A stretch of 44,532 bases of DNA from Escherichia phage vB_EcoP-CC1. Shown piece after piece: positions 9,482-19,425 of the stretch. Position 1 is the stretch's first letter, and each line of letters begins with the position of its first letter. The DNA lies in the sequence record OX457022, one strand, 5' to 3'. Both the position numbers and the translations under genes were made by a program. The notes beneath the pieces were generated by a model, which saw nothing but the letters and a program-made list of their open reading frames with translations, was not told the DNA's origin and did no database searches.

Positions 9482-11886
9482 TGGAAGTGCAAGGCTCATT
9501 AGGTCGTCAGATTCAAGGTATTAGCCAACAACCAGCAGCAGTGCGGTTAGATGGGCAATGTACCGATATGGTTAATATGGTTCCAGATGTAGTCAACGGT
9601 ACACAATCTCGCATGGGGAGTGTGCACATTGCAAAGCTACTGGACTCCGGCAGTGACAATATGGCAACACATCACTATCGAAGAGGCGATGGTGATGAGG
9701 AATACTTCTTTGTTTTAAAGAAAGGTAGTTTGCCGGAAATCTTTGACAAGCAAGGCCGTAGGTGTAATGTGACAACAAGGGATGCTCCTTTAGATTATCT
9801 AAAAGAAGTAGTAAATCCACGAGAAGATGTACAGTTTATGACTATTGCAGATGTCACATTTATGCTGAATAGGAGAAAGGTCGTAAAGACAAGGTCTGCA
9901 CGGTCGCCTAAGATCGGTAACACTGCCTTAGTTTTTAGTGCCTATGGTCAGTATGGGACTACATATCGTATAAAGATTAACAACGTTACAGCGGCAGAGT
10001 ACAGAACTGCAAATGGTGGAGAGGCTAGTGACATTAGTACAATCAGAACCGAAAGGATAGCAAGGGAGTTGTATGAGAAACTGCTCGCTTGGGAAGGTGC
10101 TGCCGATTATAAATTCAGTCGTGATGAGAATGTCATAACCATTAGTACTGTGGACGGTTCTACTGATTTTACTGTATCTACTAATGATGGTGCGAAAGGG
10201 CAAGACTTAGTTGCAATTAAATATAAGGTAACGTCTACTGACCTCCTACCTTCTAGAGCACCCGCTGGTTACAAAGTTCAAGTCTGGCCTACAGGAAGTA
10301 AACCAGAGTCCAGATATTGGCTAGAAGCAGAGAAGAAAGAAGGCAGCTTGGTTACTTGGAAAGAAACCATTGCAGCAGATGTCCTTCTAGGTTTTGATAA
10401 AGCCACAATGCCTTACCTTATAGAGCGCACAGATATTATAGATGGGATAGCGCAGTTCACTATAAGGCAGGGAGATTGGGAAGACCGCAAGGTTGGTGAT
10501 GACCTCACTAACCCCATGCCGTCCTTCATTGATAAAGAGAACCCACAAACTATAGGCGGCATGTTTATGGTACAGAATAGGCTCTGTGTAACAGCAGGAG
10601 AGGCTGTCATAGCTACTAGGACTTCTGCGTTCTTTGACTTCTTTCGCTACTCAGCAGTGGCTAGCGTTGCTACTGACCCGTTTGATGTGTTCTCAGATGC
10701 AAGTGAAGTCTATCAGCTAAAACATGCAGTTACTCTGGATGGTGCTACGGTCTTATTTGCTAACAGGTCGCAGTTTACAATCCCTGGAGATAAAGTACTG
10801 GAGAAGTCAAACATCGTATTACAACCAGCGACCACCTTCGAAGTTGACAACAGGGTTCCTCCTGTGGCAACGGGTGAGTCTGTGATGTTTGCTACTAGTG
10901 AGGGTGCTTACTCTGGTATCCGTGAGTTTTACACAGATTCATATAGCGATACGAAGAAGGCACAGGCTATTACTAGTCATGTGAATAAGTTGATACAAGG
11001 TAACATCACTCACATGGTTGCCAGTACCAATATTAACAGGCTACTCGTGATTACAGACAAAGACCCCAATATCGTCTATTGTTATGATTGGTTGTGGCAA
11101 GGGACAGACCGTGTACAATCCGCATGGCATAAGTGGGTGTGGCCTAAAAATACTCTGATACGATCTATGTTCTACTCTTCGGAGGCTTTGTATCTTCTAG
11201 TAGAAAGAGGCAATACGGGTGTCTACTTAGAGGTGATGGATATGGGGGATGCCCTCACATACGGATTGGTTGATAGGATAAGATTAGATAGGCAGGCAGA
11301 GCTTATCTTTACTTATGACTCTTACAACTCCCAGTGGGTATCAAATCCTTTACCTTGGATACCAACAGACACTACATTGCTAGATTGTGTACTGACCACA
11401 GGGTGGCCTGCTTATATTGGTGGGGCTTTTGGTTTCGAATATGATGCAGGTAGCAACACACTACGGACTACATTTGATTTAGCTGATGAGCAATCTAACG
11501 CTATCGTAGTGGTCGGACAGTTGTATCAACAGGAGTTTGAACCTACGCAAGTGGTTATCAGGGATAATCAAGATAGAGTCTCCTATATAGATGTACCTGT
11601 GGTTGGGTTAGTGCACCTTAATCTGGATAAATACCCTGACTTTGAAGTGCACATTAAGAATTTGAAAAGTGGAAAGGTGCGAAAAGCACTAGCCTCTAAT
11701 CGCAAAGGTGGTGCACTGAATAACATCGTGGGATATGTTAAACCTGAAGAGGGTTCTTTTAAGTTCCCCCTTAGGTCGCTAAGTACCGACACGGTTTATA
11801 GGATAGTTGTCAAATCACCTCACACTTTTCAACTAAGAGATATTGAGTGGGAGGGTTCGTATAACCCAACTAAGAGGAGGGTATAA
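9481..11886 (+). CDS. tail tubular protein B
   Basis: 801 aa, size and position match T7 gp12-type; start overlaps preceding stop. Confidence 0.8.
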   Translation: MEVQGSLGRQIQGISQQPAAVRLDGQCTDMVNMVPDVVNGTQSRMGSVHIAKLLDSGSDNMATHHYRRGDGDEEYFFVLKKGSLPEIFDKQGRRCNVTTRDAPLDYLKEVVNPREDVQFMTIADVTFMLNRRKVVKTRSARSPKIGNTALVFSAYGQYGTTYRIKINNVTAAEYRTANGGEASDISTIRTERIARELYEKLLAWEGAADYKFSRDENVITISTVDGSTDFTVSTNDGAKGQDLVAIKYKVTSTDLLPSRAPAGYKVQVWPTGSKPESRYWLEAEKKEGSLVTWKETIAADVLLGFDKATMPYLIERTDIIDGIAQFTIRQGDWEDRKVGDDLTNPMPSFIDKENPQTIGGMFMVQNRLCVTAGEAVIATRTSAFFDFFRYSAVASVATDPFDVFSDASEVYQLKHAVTLDGATVLFANRSQFTIPGDKVLEKSNIVLQPATTFEVDNRVPPVATGESVMFATSEGAYSGIREFYTDSYSDTKKAQAITSHVNKLIQGNITHMVASTNINRLLVITDKDPNIVYCYDWLWQGTDRVQSAWHKWVWPKNTLIRSMFYSSEALYLLVERGNTGVYLEVMDMGDALTYGLVDRIRLDRQAELIFTYDSYNSQWVSNPLPWIPTDTTLLDCVLTTGWPAYIGGAFGFEYDAGSNTLRTTFDLADEQSNAIVVVGQLYQQEFEPTQVVIRDNQDRVSYIDVPVVGLVHLNLDKYPDFEVHIKNLKSGKVRKALASNRKGGALNNIVGYVKPEEGSFKFPLRSLSTDTVYRIVVKSPHTFQLRDIEWEGSYNPTKRRV

Positions 11887-12611
11887 TGGCGATAATGGCG
11901 ACAGTAGGGTCAAGCCTAGCCAGCATGTTCTCCAGTAGTGCAGGTGCTGCGGCTGCTAGTAGTGCTGCTGGTAGTGCCGCCGCTGGAAGTGGTGGTGTAC
12001 TTGGCTCTATCGGAAGTTTCTTAGGTGGAAGCTCTGCTGGCTTTTCTAATGCAGGTTTGTTGTCTGCTGGACTACAAGGCTTAAACTTACTAGGCGGTCT
12101 ATTCGGTGGACGAGATACCGCTAAGGCTATGCAGAAAGCACAAGAAGAAGAATGGAGACAAAGGCTAGAAGCCACACGTGAAGCCTATTCTTCTGTGGCA
12201 GATGCAGAGCGGGCTGCTGCAAAGCAATATCATTCTGACTTCCTTAGTAATCAAATTTCACTGATGCAGCAACGAGCGCAAGTTGCAGTAATGGCAGGCG
12301 CTACTGGAACAGGTGGTAGCTCCATCACATCCATGCTCAATGATTTGACGGCAGAAGGCGGTCGCAATCAGTCAACCATTATAGATAATTATGAGAATCA
12401 GCAAATCAACTTTGCCAACCAGTTGAAGTCTATTCAACGCAGTGGACAGATGCAGATGCGAACGTTTGACAAACCTTCCGCTTTGGGTACTTTGGTGAAA
12501 GGAATACCAAGCATTGCATCTTCCTATGTCACCGGAAGTAAAGCAGGTATGGCACTTGGCAAGGCTATCACTGAGTCTCGTACTTATTCATCAGGAACTA
12601 GAGGAGTTTAA
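11886..12611 (+). CDS. internal virion protein (gp14-like), Gly/Ala/Ser-rich
   Basis: 241 aa, low-complexity Ala/Gly/Ser N-terminal half; first of three consecutive internal-core genes. Confidence 0.65.
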   Translation: MAIMATVGSSLASMFSSSAGAAAASSAAGSAAAGSGGVLGSIGSFLGGSSAGFSNAGLLSAGLQGLNLLGGLFGGRDTAKAMQKAQEEEWRQRLEATREAYSSVADAERAAAKQYHSDFLSNQISLMQQRAQVAVMAGATGTGGSSITSMLNDLTAEGGRNQSTIIDNYENQQINFANQLKSIQRSGQMQMRTFDKPSALGTLVKGIPSIASSYVTGSKAGMALGKAITESRTYSSGTRGV

Positions 12612-15554
12612 ATGGCAATTGAACGTCAAGCTGTACAAGGACTAGAAAGAGTACAGTCAAGGGGCGCGCCAACACCTATGTCTTTCACACCACGACAAGT
12701 GAGTATCTCAGGGGGCGCGGATGCCTCCGGTAGTAGATTTTTGGAAGACTTAGTAAACGCTGCAAGTAGTGTGGCTGATGTCACTACTGCTATCCTTAAT
12801 CAGCAAGTAGAAGACGATAAGGTTCGCCAGATGGATAGGGCTTTATCTGGCATGATGCCTTCTGAGGATGCTACGGTAGGTGGTGCTCGTGCGCATATGC
12901 TGGTTAGTTTACAAAATGATGTAATCGCACAGACAACTGCGCTACAAGTAGAAGCACAGCGATTTCAAGGTAGTGACGAGGATTGGGAAAACTATGTAGT
13001 TCAATCTCGTAATGAGGTACAAAATAGGTTATGGCAAAGTTATCCAGAGCTTCGTGGTGACAAAGATTCTATGAGACTTGTCACTAACGCGTTCATGGAG
13101 CAGCAACCTAGAATTACTGCAACTAGAGCAGAGGCTAAACTTCGTCAAGAAGAAGAAGCACGAATGCAATCTATGCAGTCTCGTATTATCATGGCTACAC
13201 GGGACGTAGCGCCAGATGCCACTGGTGCAGCACTCATCCAGTTACAAAAAGAAGCACTGGCGATGGGTCTTAGTAAACCTGAGTTTGATCAGATGGTTGC
13301 TAAGATTGCATCTGACAGAGCGGCAGTAGGAGATGATAGTCTTATTCAGGGAACCAAAGCACTGGTGGATGATAAGGGTGTCTCTTTGTATGACCGTGTT
13401 GGTGCTTTGCAAACTGGAGAGATTCAAGCTAACAGAGCTTGGGCTGCGCAGAATCAGGTTGCCCTCTTTGAGAAGAAGGATGCAGCTATAAAGGCATTCG
13501 ATGCAGGGCAACTTACTCGTGAAGAGTTACTTCAGGTGATGCAGAATCACAATGAATTGACTGGTGGTACTGCTTGGTCTGATAGCGAGATCAAGGCTAT
13601 CTTCGATAGGCAAGCTAAGGCTAATGCAGAGAAAGCAAAGCTCGAAGATCTTATTGCACGAGGTGAATCTGGGTCGCCTTTAGGTTTACAGGATATTAGT
13701 AAGGATGACAGAAAATCCTATGCTGAAGCCTTAGTTAGTACCTACACTAAGTTGGCAGAAGATGAAATTGCCCGTACTGGTGCAACGGGAGAACAGGCTG
13801 AAGCTATTCGCGGTAGGTATGAGCAGATGCGTTATCTTAAATTAGGGCAACAACTTATTGAAGACCCAATCATTAAGGAAAGATATTCGTCGCTTATGCA
13901 ATTATCCTCTGCCAACCTTAAAGATATGAATGTTGAGCCTGAAGCATTACAGACCATCATGCGAGCGCGGGACTCTATTCCAGAGGATGCACGTCGTGCT
14001 GTCATGGGAGACAAAGAGTATGCCTTTGTAGAGAACTACGACCTAGCAACTCGCATGGGGTATAACGCAGGTCAAGCTATTGAGTTTGCACAGAATGCCT
14101 CTCGTGGAGAGAAGCTACAAGGTTCTGTACTTAAAGAACTGAATGATGATGTAGATGGAGTTGTAAGTGATGTGGCAGGAGGTAGTTGGCTTACTCGTGG
14201 CGATAATATGAGTGAGATGGGTCGTGACATTATGATGGAGGAGGCAAGTACAATTGCGAGAGCAATGAAGGTTGCAGGTCATAATAATGACACGATTAAA
14301 CGTCATCTTAAATCCTATTTGACGAGCCAGTATACACAGTTATCAGAGGGCTTCTTCACCCAAGGTGTTCTGGTGAAAGGTGATGTACGAACATTAGGTG
14401 ACACTATAGGAGTAAACCAGAATGACCTTCCTATGGCGCTACGTCAATATATGGATAACAACAAGCAAGCACTTCTTGATGCATCAGGTGGCTTAGAAGA
14501 GGGTGATTTGTATTTTGATGTAGATGCGCAGCGGGGACTCTTTACCATACGTGCAGGGTCTGGTCGTGTACCTGTTACGCAGGCAATGCCTTTGTCTGAA
14601 ATCAAAGGGCAGTCCTTGCTTAAGCAAAGATATGATGCAGAGGTTAAAGCCCGTGATGAGGGGCGTAAGAATTTTGAAGCACAGCAAATGAGGATGTGGG
14701 GCGCAGGTGGCTACCAAGCACAACCACCTGCAAAGACTACAGCCAAAACTGTAGGCTCCCGTGGGATTGCTGACTTCTTAATGTCACCTGCCTTTGCATC
14801 AGGCGAGAATCTACCAGCAAACTTTGAGTTTGGATATAAGAGGAATAATATGGACTTCTACAATTATGTAGCCAAGATGGAGAATAATGCCAATGTGGGC
14901 TTTGACCGAGTAGCTGGTGTTTATACACCATACAAAGATGCACATGGTCAATCTGTCGGGTACGGTCACTTCCTTACTACTGAAGAGAAGAAGAACGGAT
15001 ACATTATGATTGGTACAGAGAAAGTGCCATTCACTCCGGGACAATCTCAATTAACACCAGAACGAGCCATGCGCCTTCTACAGCAAGACTTGAAGAGTCA
15101 TGTGCCAAACACTTCAGGGTGGGCTGTTCCATTCGAAGAGATGCACCCAGGTGTTCAGCGTGGCCTTATGGACTTGTCCTATAATTTAGGCAAAGGAGGT
15201 ATCCAGAATGCACCTAAAGCCTATGTTGCGTTTAAGGCTGGCAAGTTTACTGATGGATTTATTGAGATGTTATCTACTGCATCTACTGAAGGTAAGCGTA
15301 GTACTGGGTTGTTGGTTCGTAGAGCAGAAGCATACAACCTTGCACAGAGTGGAGGTGCTATTCCTAAGATTAGTGAAGTAGAGACACGAGCCGATGGGTC
15401 TATGTATGTTAAGTTTGCAGGACAGATGTCAGAGGCTTTCGTAAATAAATCAATCTACAATCAGATTGGTAAGGATGGATGGCTGCAAGTGTACCCTCCA
15501 AAACAAGGTGTACTTGCACCTAACACCAAGATTGGTAGAATCAAACTAAGCTAG
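12612..15554 (+). CDS. internal virion protein with lysozyme-like (T4-lysozyme-type) domain
   Basis: 980 aa; residues ~760-900 contain YKDAHGQSVGYGHFLT, closely resembling T4 lysozyme YKDTEGYYTIGIGHLLT. Confidence 0.75.
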   Translation: MAIERQAVQGLERVQSRGAPTPMSFTPRQVSISGGADASGSRFLEDLVNAASSVADVTTAILNQQVEDDKVRQMDRALSGMMPSEDATVGGARAHMLVSLQNDVIAQTTALQVEAQRFQGSDEDWENYVVQSRNEVQNRLWQSYPELRGDKDSMRLVTNAFMEQQPRITATRAEAKLRQEEEARMQSMQSRIIMATRDVAPDATGAALIQLQKEALAMGLSKPEFDQMVAKIASDRAAVGDDSLIQGTKALVDDKGVSLYDRVGALQTGEIQANRAWAAQNQVALFEKKDAAIKAFDAGQLTREELLQVMQNHNELTGGTAWSDSEIKAIFDRQAKANAEKAKLEDLIARGESGSPLGLQDISKDDRKSYAEALVSTYTKLAEDEIARTGATGEQAEAIRGRYEQMRYLKLGQQLIEDPIIKERYSSLMQLSSANLKDMNVEPEALQTIMRARDSIPEDARRAVMGDKEYAFVENYDLATRMGYNAGQAIEFAQNASRGEKLQGSVLKELNDDVDGVVSDVAGGSWLTRGDNMSEMGRDIMMEEASTIARAMKVAGHNNDTIKRHLKSYLTSQYTQLSEGFFTQGVLVKGDVRTLGDTIGVNQNDLPMALRQYMDNNKQALLDASGGLEEGDLYFDVDAQRGLFTIRAGSGRVPVTQAMPLSEIKGQSLLKQRYDAEVKARDEGRKNFEAQQMRMWGAGGYQAQPPAKTTAKTVGSRGIADFLMSPAFASGENLPANFEFGYKRNNMDFYNYVAKMENNANVGFDRVAGVYTPYKDAHGQSVGYGHFLTTEEKKNGYIMIGTEKVPFTPGQSQLTPERAMRLLQQDLKSHVPNTSGWAVPFEEMHPGVQRGLMDLSYNLGKGGIQNAPKAYVAFKAGKFTDGFIEMLSTASTEGKRSTGLLVRRAEAYNLAQSGGAIPKISEVETRADGSMYVKFAGQMSEAFVNKSIYNQIGKDGWLQVYPPKQGVLAPNTKIGRIKLS
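14392..14413 (+). promoter_or_regulatory. promoter-like sequence inside coding region (CATTAGGTGACACTATAGGAG)
   Basis: Matches SP6-type consensus better than this phage's class I promoters; lies inside the 980-aa gene (codons GDTIGV); function unproven. Confidence 0.3.
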
Positions 15555-15570
15555 TGGTATACTCAAGGTT

Positions 15571-15588
15571 TGTCTCACATGTGAGACA
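15571..15588. repeat. 18-bp perfect palindrome TGTCTCACATGTGAGACA
   Basis: 16 nt after stop of 980-aa gene; member of palindrome family; flanked by AAGG...CCTT. Confidence 0.9.
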
Positions 15589-15621
15589 TGCCTTTATGAA
15601 TGACACTGACTAGGAGGTAAC

Positions 15622-18600
15622 ATGGTTGATAGTATTAACCAAAACTGGGTGGCGGTGACTCAACGCAAGTTACCGCCTACCTTCTCTCAAATTGCTGAAG
15701 CTGAGCGTAAGGCTGAAGCCCAGAGAGCTAATGATAAAGTGTTTCAAACAGCATTAGAAAGTGAGTGGGCTTTATATGGCGGACAACGTGCCTATGAACG
15801 CCACACTACAGAGTTTGCTGAACAAGAAGGCTATGAAGTGCCTGAGTCAACTAAGGATGAGTTATCCAAGTTGTATGGGTATGAAATAGCGCAAGACATA
15901 GTTAAGAATGTAAAGTCTCCAGAAGAGTTGCAATTCCGTATGTCTAATGCTGCTGCTGATAAAGACAGAGCAGACATCTTAGCACGTAATGGTTTCACGG
16001 GTTTCAGCGCGCAGATTGCTGCTGGCATCCTTGACCCTGTAGGTTGGGCTGCATCCTTAGTGGCTGCGCCTGTAGCGGGTGCTGTCAAAGTAGGTAGGCT
16101 AGGTAGGATTATCAAGACGGCTGCCTTATCAGGTGCTGAAAATGCTGCATTAGAAGCTATACTTGCACAAGGTGATTACCAGCGAGGGGTTGATGATGTA
16201 CTGGCTGCTGCCGGATTTGGTATGATTATGGGCGGCACTATTGGTGCTGCAACCAGAGAGCGCATAGCCAGTGCTGGTTCTCGTACAGCGGCAGAACGAG
16301 CAGATGCTGTAGTTGATGACTTGGACACTGTAGTAAAAGGTGCTGATGAATTTGACTCGTCTGCGGCTCGTGCTGTACGTGAAGCTATGGAATATGACGC
16401 GTATATGGCAGCGCGTAATTACGAACCACTTCGTGCAAGAGAGGTAGATGCAGACATGGCGATTCTGTCTCACACAGACAATTTGAAAGCCAATGCATCG
16501 GTAAGGATGAGTGCTAGTGAGAAGGGGCAACTGAAGAAGCAGATACGTCAGCTTGAAGCAGAAGCAGCAACACTTAAAGGGAAGAAGATAGACACTGTAG
16601 CGGAAGCTGCGGCTGCTAAGGGTGCACCTAAATCTGCTGCTGACAGATTAGATTTGGATGTTCAGAAGAAAGCATTAGCACGTAGATTTGATGAACCACT
16701 GGCAGACTTACAAGCGCGTCTTGATGAGTTGAATGCTAAATTGTCTCGTGTAAACAATGTAGGCAAAGCCAAGGAAGAGCTTAAGAGATTCTCATCGCTA
16801 TCTCGTGAAGAGCAAATAAAGGAGTTAGGTCTAGACGCACCAGTGCGCAAGGTAGAGATGACCCGTGCCGTGCGAGATGCAATTGACGCAATCCGTGCCG
16901 AGCGTAAGAAGACGCCTACCGAAATACATGCTGAACAAGTCGCAGAAGATGCAATTAAGCAAAGGGCAGACGACTCTGTTGGTGCTAAACGTGTTGAAGG
17001 TTCAGAGATTGCAGGTGAACAGTTTGACCTATCTAAAAACATGGAAGAACTTATGGATGACTTGGCACGAGAAGCATACCAGTCAGAGGTGCGGCCTATT
17101 AATCTTAAGGGTTTAGGTTCAGTGTCTTCTGTGATTCTTAACTCAGAGAATCCTGTGTTCCGAGGCCTAGGTCTTCGTCTGCTTGAAAATGCTCAAGGTG
17201 GTGCATATCAAGGTAAGACAGCTTCTATCTTATCAGATGTGTATGGCAACCTTATTCGTCATGCAGAACGTAACAGATACAATGATGGCTTCTCTCAGTT
17301 CATCAAAGATAATAACCTACGTGCGGTAGACTATCTTAACCCTGCAACGACAAGGGATTTCAATAATCAGATTTATACAGCAATTGTTCGTGGCATACCA
17401 GAAGATACACCTCGTGGTGTTAAACTGGCAGCCGAAGGTATTGCAGATAAGCTCAAGAAAGCACTGGAGATTCGTAAGCAAGCAGGTGAGCGAGGCTTCG
17501 AGGATGTGCAATCTGCTAAAGATTATATTCCCGTTATCTACGATGGTATCAAGATCACAGAGGCAGTTAACAAGTTAGGTAGTAGTGAAGCTGTCATTCA
17601 CTTGCTATCTAAAGGGTATCAGACAGGCAAGTACAAACTTGGCAAGAAAGCTGCTGATGCACTAGCCAAAGTTCAGTATATTCGCGCATCTGACTCCACC
17701 CTCTCTAGTCGTGTTGCATTCGATAGGGTGGTATCCCAGCAGCAGCAGGCTCAATTGATTGAGGATCTGAAGAAAGCAGGAGTACCAGACCATATCATTG
17801 ATAATTTCATTGAAGGTACGGAATTAGCAGAAATGGCTGAATCGGTATCCAATCGAGCTAAAGCTAGTATGGGTATTAATACGCAAGCCGAATATGGCGG
17901 TTTGAAGGTGCAGGATTTGCTTAATACAAACGTAGGCGAGCTAGCTGAGAACTACGGCAAAGAGGCAGCAGGCGGTGCTGCATTAGCTGCCATGGGTTTC
18001 CCCACTCGCCAGTCTGTGCTGAATGCGATAGATGCCGCAGAACGCGCAGGTCGTAATATGGCGGGGTCAAATGCTAAGGCAATCAAACAGCTTAGGGCTG
18101 AGGCAGAAATGCTCAGAGATGCCGTTAAGCTCATTTACGGCAACACTATTGACGCCGACCCTAACTCTGGAATTGTCAGGGGCACTCGACGTGTCCGTGA
18201 GATTACAGGCTTGTTACGATTGGGTCAAATGGGCTTCGCTCAGATACCAGAACTGGCACGTGCAATCTCTAAGATGGGATTAGGTACTGTGCTGAAGTCC
18301 ATACCTGCCACGAAGTTCTTACGTTCAAGGGCGGCTCGTAAGGGAGGAACAGCTCAAGGTGAATTACTTGAACCTGAACTGCGAGAAATGGAGGAACTCT
18401 TAGGCTATATCGGGGAAGATAACTGGCTTACAGGGTGGAACGTCCGTCATGATGAGTTCGGAGAAACTGCTGATAACCTAGGTAAGCTGTCTGCTATTAT
18501 TGATAACGGATTAGCTATGGGTAGTAGAATCAACACAATACTCTCTGGATTTAAAGCAGTACAAGGTGGTTCAGAGAAAATTGTAGCTCGCTCTATCAAT

Positions 18601-19425
18601 AAGAGATTAAAGCAGCACTTGATGGGTGAGAGACAATTACCTAAAGCAGACCTTGAAGAAGTAGGCCTAAGTGAAGATGTCATGAAAAGACTTAAGCGTC
18701 ACTTTGATGACAACCCTCTGTACGCTGAGTACAATGGAGAAAAAGTTCGTATGCTGAACTTTGATGCTATGGAGCCAGACCTGAGAGAGACAGTGGGTGT
18801 TGCTGTGCGAAGAATGTCAGGCCGTCTTATTCAACGTAACTTCATTGGCGATGAAGGTATCTGGATGAATAAATGGTGGGGTAAGGCATTAACGCAGTTT
18901 AAGTCATTCTCTATTGTCTCTATTGAGAAACAGCTAATCCATGATTTACGAGGTGATAAGATTCAGGCTGCACAGATACTTGCATGGTCTACTTTACTAG
19001 GTTATGCATCTTATGCACTACAGATGCAGATGCAAGCGATTGGTAGGGAGGATAGAGACAAGTTCTTGAGGGATAAGTTTGACACACAGAACATCGCTAT
19101 GGGTGTCTTTAATAAACTTCCACAAGTTGCAGGCTTTGGTTTAGCTGGTGATGCTTTGGCAACCTTTGGCCTAATGCCAGACTCCATGATGCAAGCACCG
19201 GGACGCATGGGTTTCCGTCAGCAAGGCTTTGGGGATTTGGTAGCAGGTGCTGGTGTAATAAGTGATACAGTTAATTTGTCACAAGCACTGGTTAAGTATG
19301 CCAGTGGAGACGATGATGTCTCTACGAGGCAGTTGGTAGACAAGGTTCGTCGCCTTGTTCCTTTGGCAAATACTATTGGTGTGGGTCAGATGACTAAAGC
19401 CAGTGTAGATTTATTGGAGGATTGA
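15622..19425 (+). CDS. internal virion protein (gp16-like, large ejection protein)
   Basis: 1267 aa, third internal-core gene, RBS AGGAGG; size close to T7 gp16. Confidence 0.75.
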   Translation: MVDSINQNWVAVTQRKLPPTFSQIAEAERKAEAQRANDKVFQTALESEWALYGGQRAYERHTTEFAEQEGYEVPESTKDELSKLYGYEIAQDIVKNVKSPEELQFRMSNAAADKDRADILARNGFTGFSAQIAAGILDPVGWAASLVAAPVAGAVKVGRLGRIIKTAALSGAENAALEAILAQGDYQRGVDDVLAAAGFGMIMGGTIGAATRERIASAGSRTAAERADAVVDDLDTVVKGADEFDSSAARAVREAMEYDAYMAARNYEPLRAREVDADMAILSHTDNLKANASVRMSASEKGQLKKQIRQLEAEAATLKGKKIDTVAEAAAAKGAPKSAADRLDLDVQKKALARRFDEPLADLQARLDELNAKLSRVNNVGKAKEELKRFSSLSREEQIKELGLDAPVRKVEMTRAVRDAIDAIRAERKKTPTEIHAEQVAEDAIKQRADDSVGAKRVEGSEIAGEQFDLSKNMEELMDDLAREAYQSEVRPINLKGLGSVSSVILNSENPVFRGLGLRLLENAQGGAYQGKTASILSDVYGNLIRHAERNRYNDGFSQFIKDNNLRAVDYLNPATTRDFNNQIYTAIVRGIPEDTPRGVKLAAEGIADKLKKALEIRKQAGERGFEDVQSAKDYIPVIYDGIKITEAVNKLGSSEAVIHLLSKGYQTGKYKLGKKAADALAKVQYIRASDSTLSSRVAFDRVVSQQQQAQLIEDLKKAGVPDHIIDNFIEGTELAEMAESVSNRAKASMGINTQAEYGGLKVQDLLNTNVGELAENYGKEAAGGAALAAMGFPTRQSVLNAIDAAERAGRNMAGSNAKAIKQLRAEAEMLRDAVKLIYGNTIDADPNSGIVRGTRRVREITGLLRLGQMGFAQIPELARAISKMGLGTVLKSIPATKFLRSRAARKGGTAQGELLEPELREMEELLGYIGEDNWLTGWNVRHDEFGETADNLGKLSAIIDNGLAMGSRINTILSGFKAVQGGSEKIVARSINKRLKQHLMGERQLPKADLEEVGLSEDVMKRLKRHFDDNPLYAEYNGEKVRMLNFDAMEPDLRETVGVAVRRMSGRLIQRNFIGDEGIWMNKWWGKALTQFKSFSIVSIEKQLIHDLRGDKIQAAQILAWSTLLGYASYALQMQMQAIGREDRDKFLRDKFDTQNIAMGVFNKLPQVAGFGLAGDALATFGLMPDSMMQAPGRMGFRQQGFGDLVAGAGVISDTVNLSQALVKYASGDDDVSTRQLVDKVRRLVPLANTIGVGQMTKASVDLLED

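Noticed and set aside
15571-15588. Palindromes considered as LexA or CRP operator sites
   Set aside because: LexA boxes are CTGT-N8-ACAG and CRP sites TGTGA-N6-TCACA; the arms here (TGTCTCAC / GTGAGACA) have different spacing and orientation.
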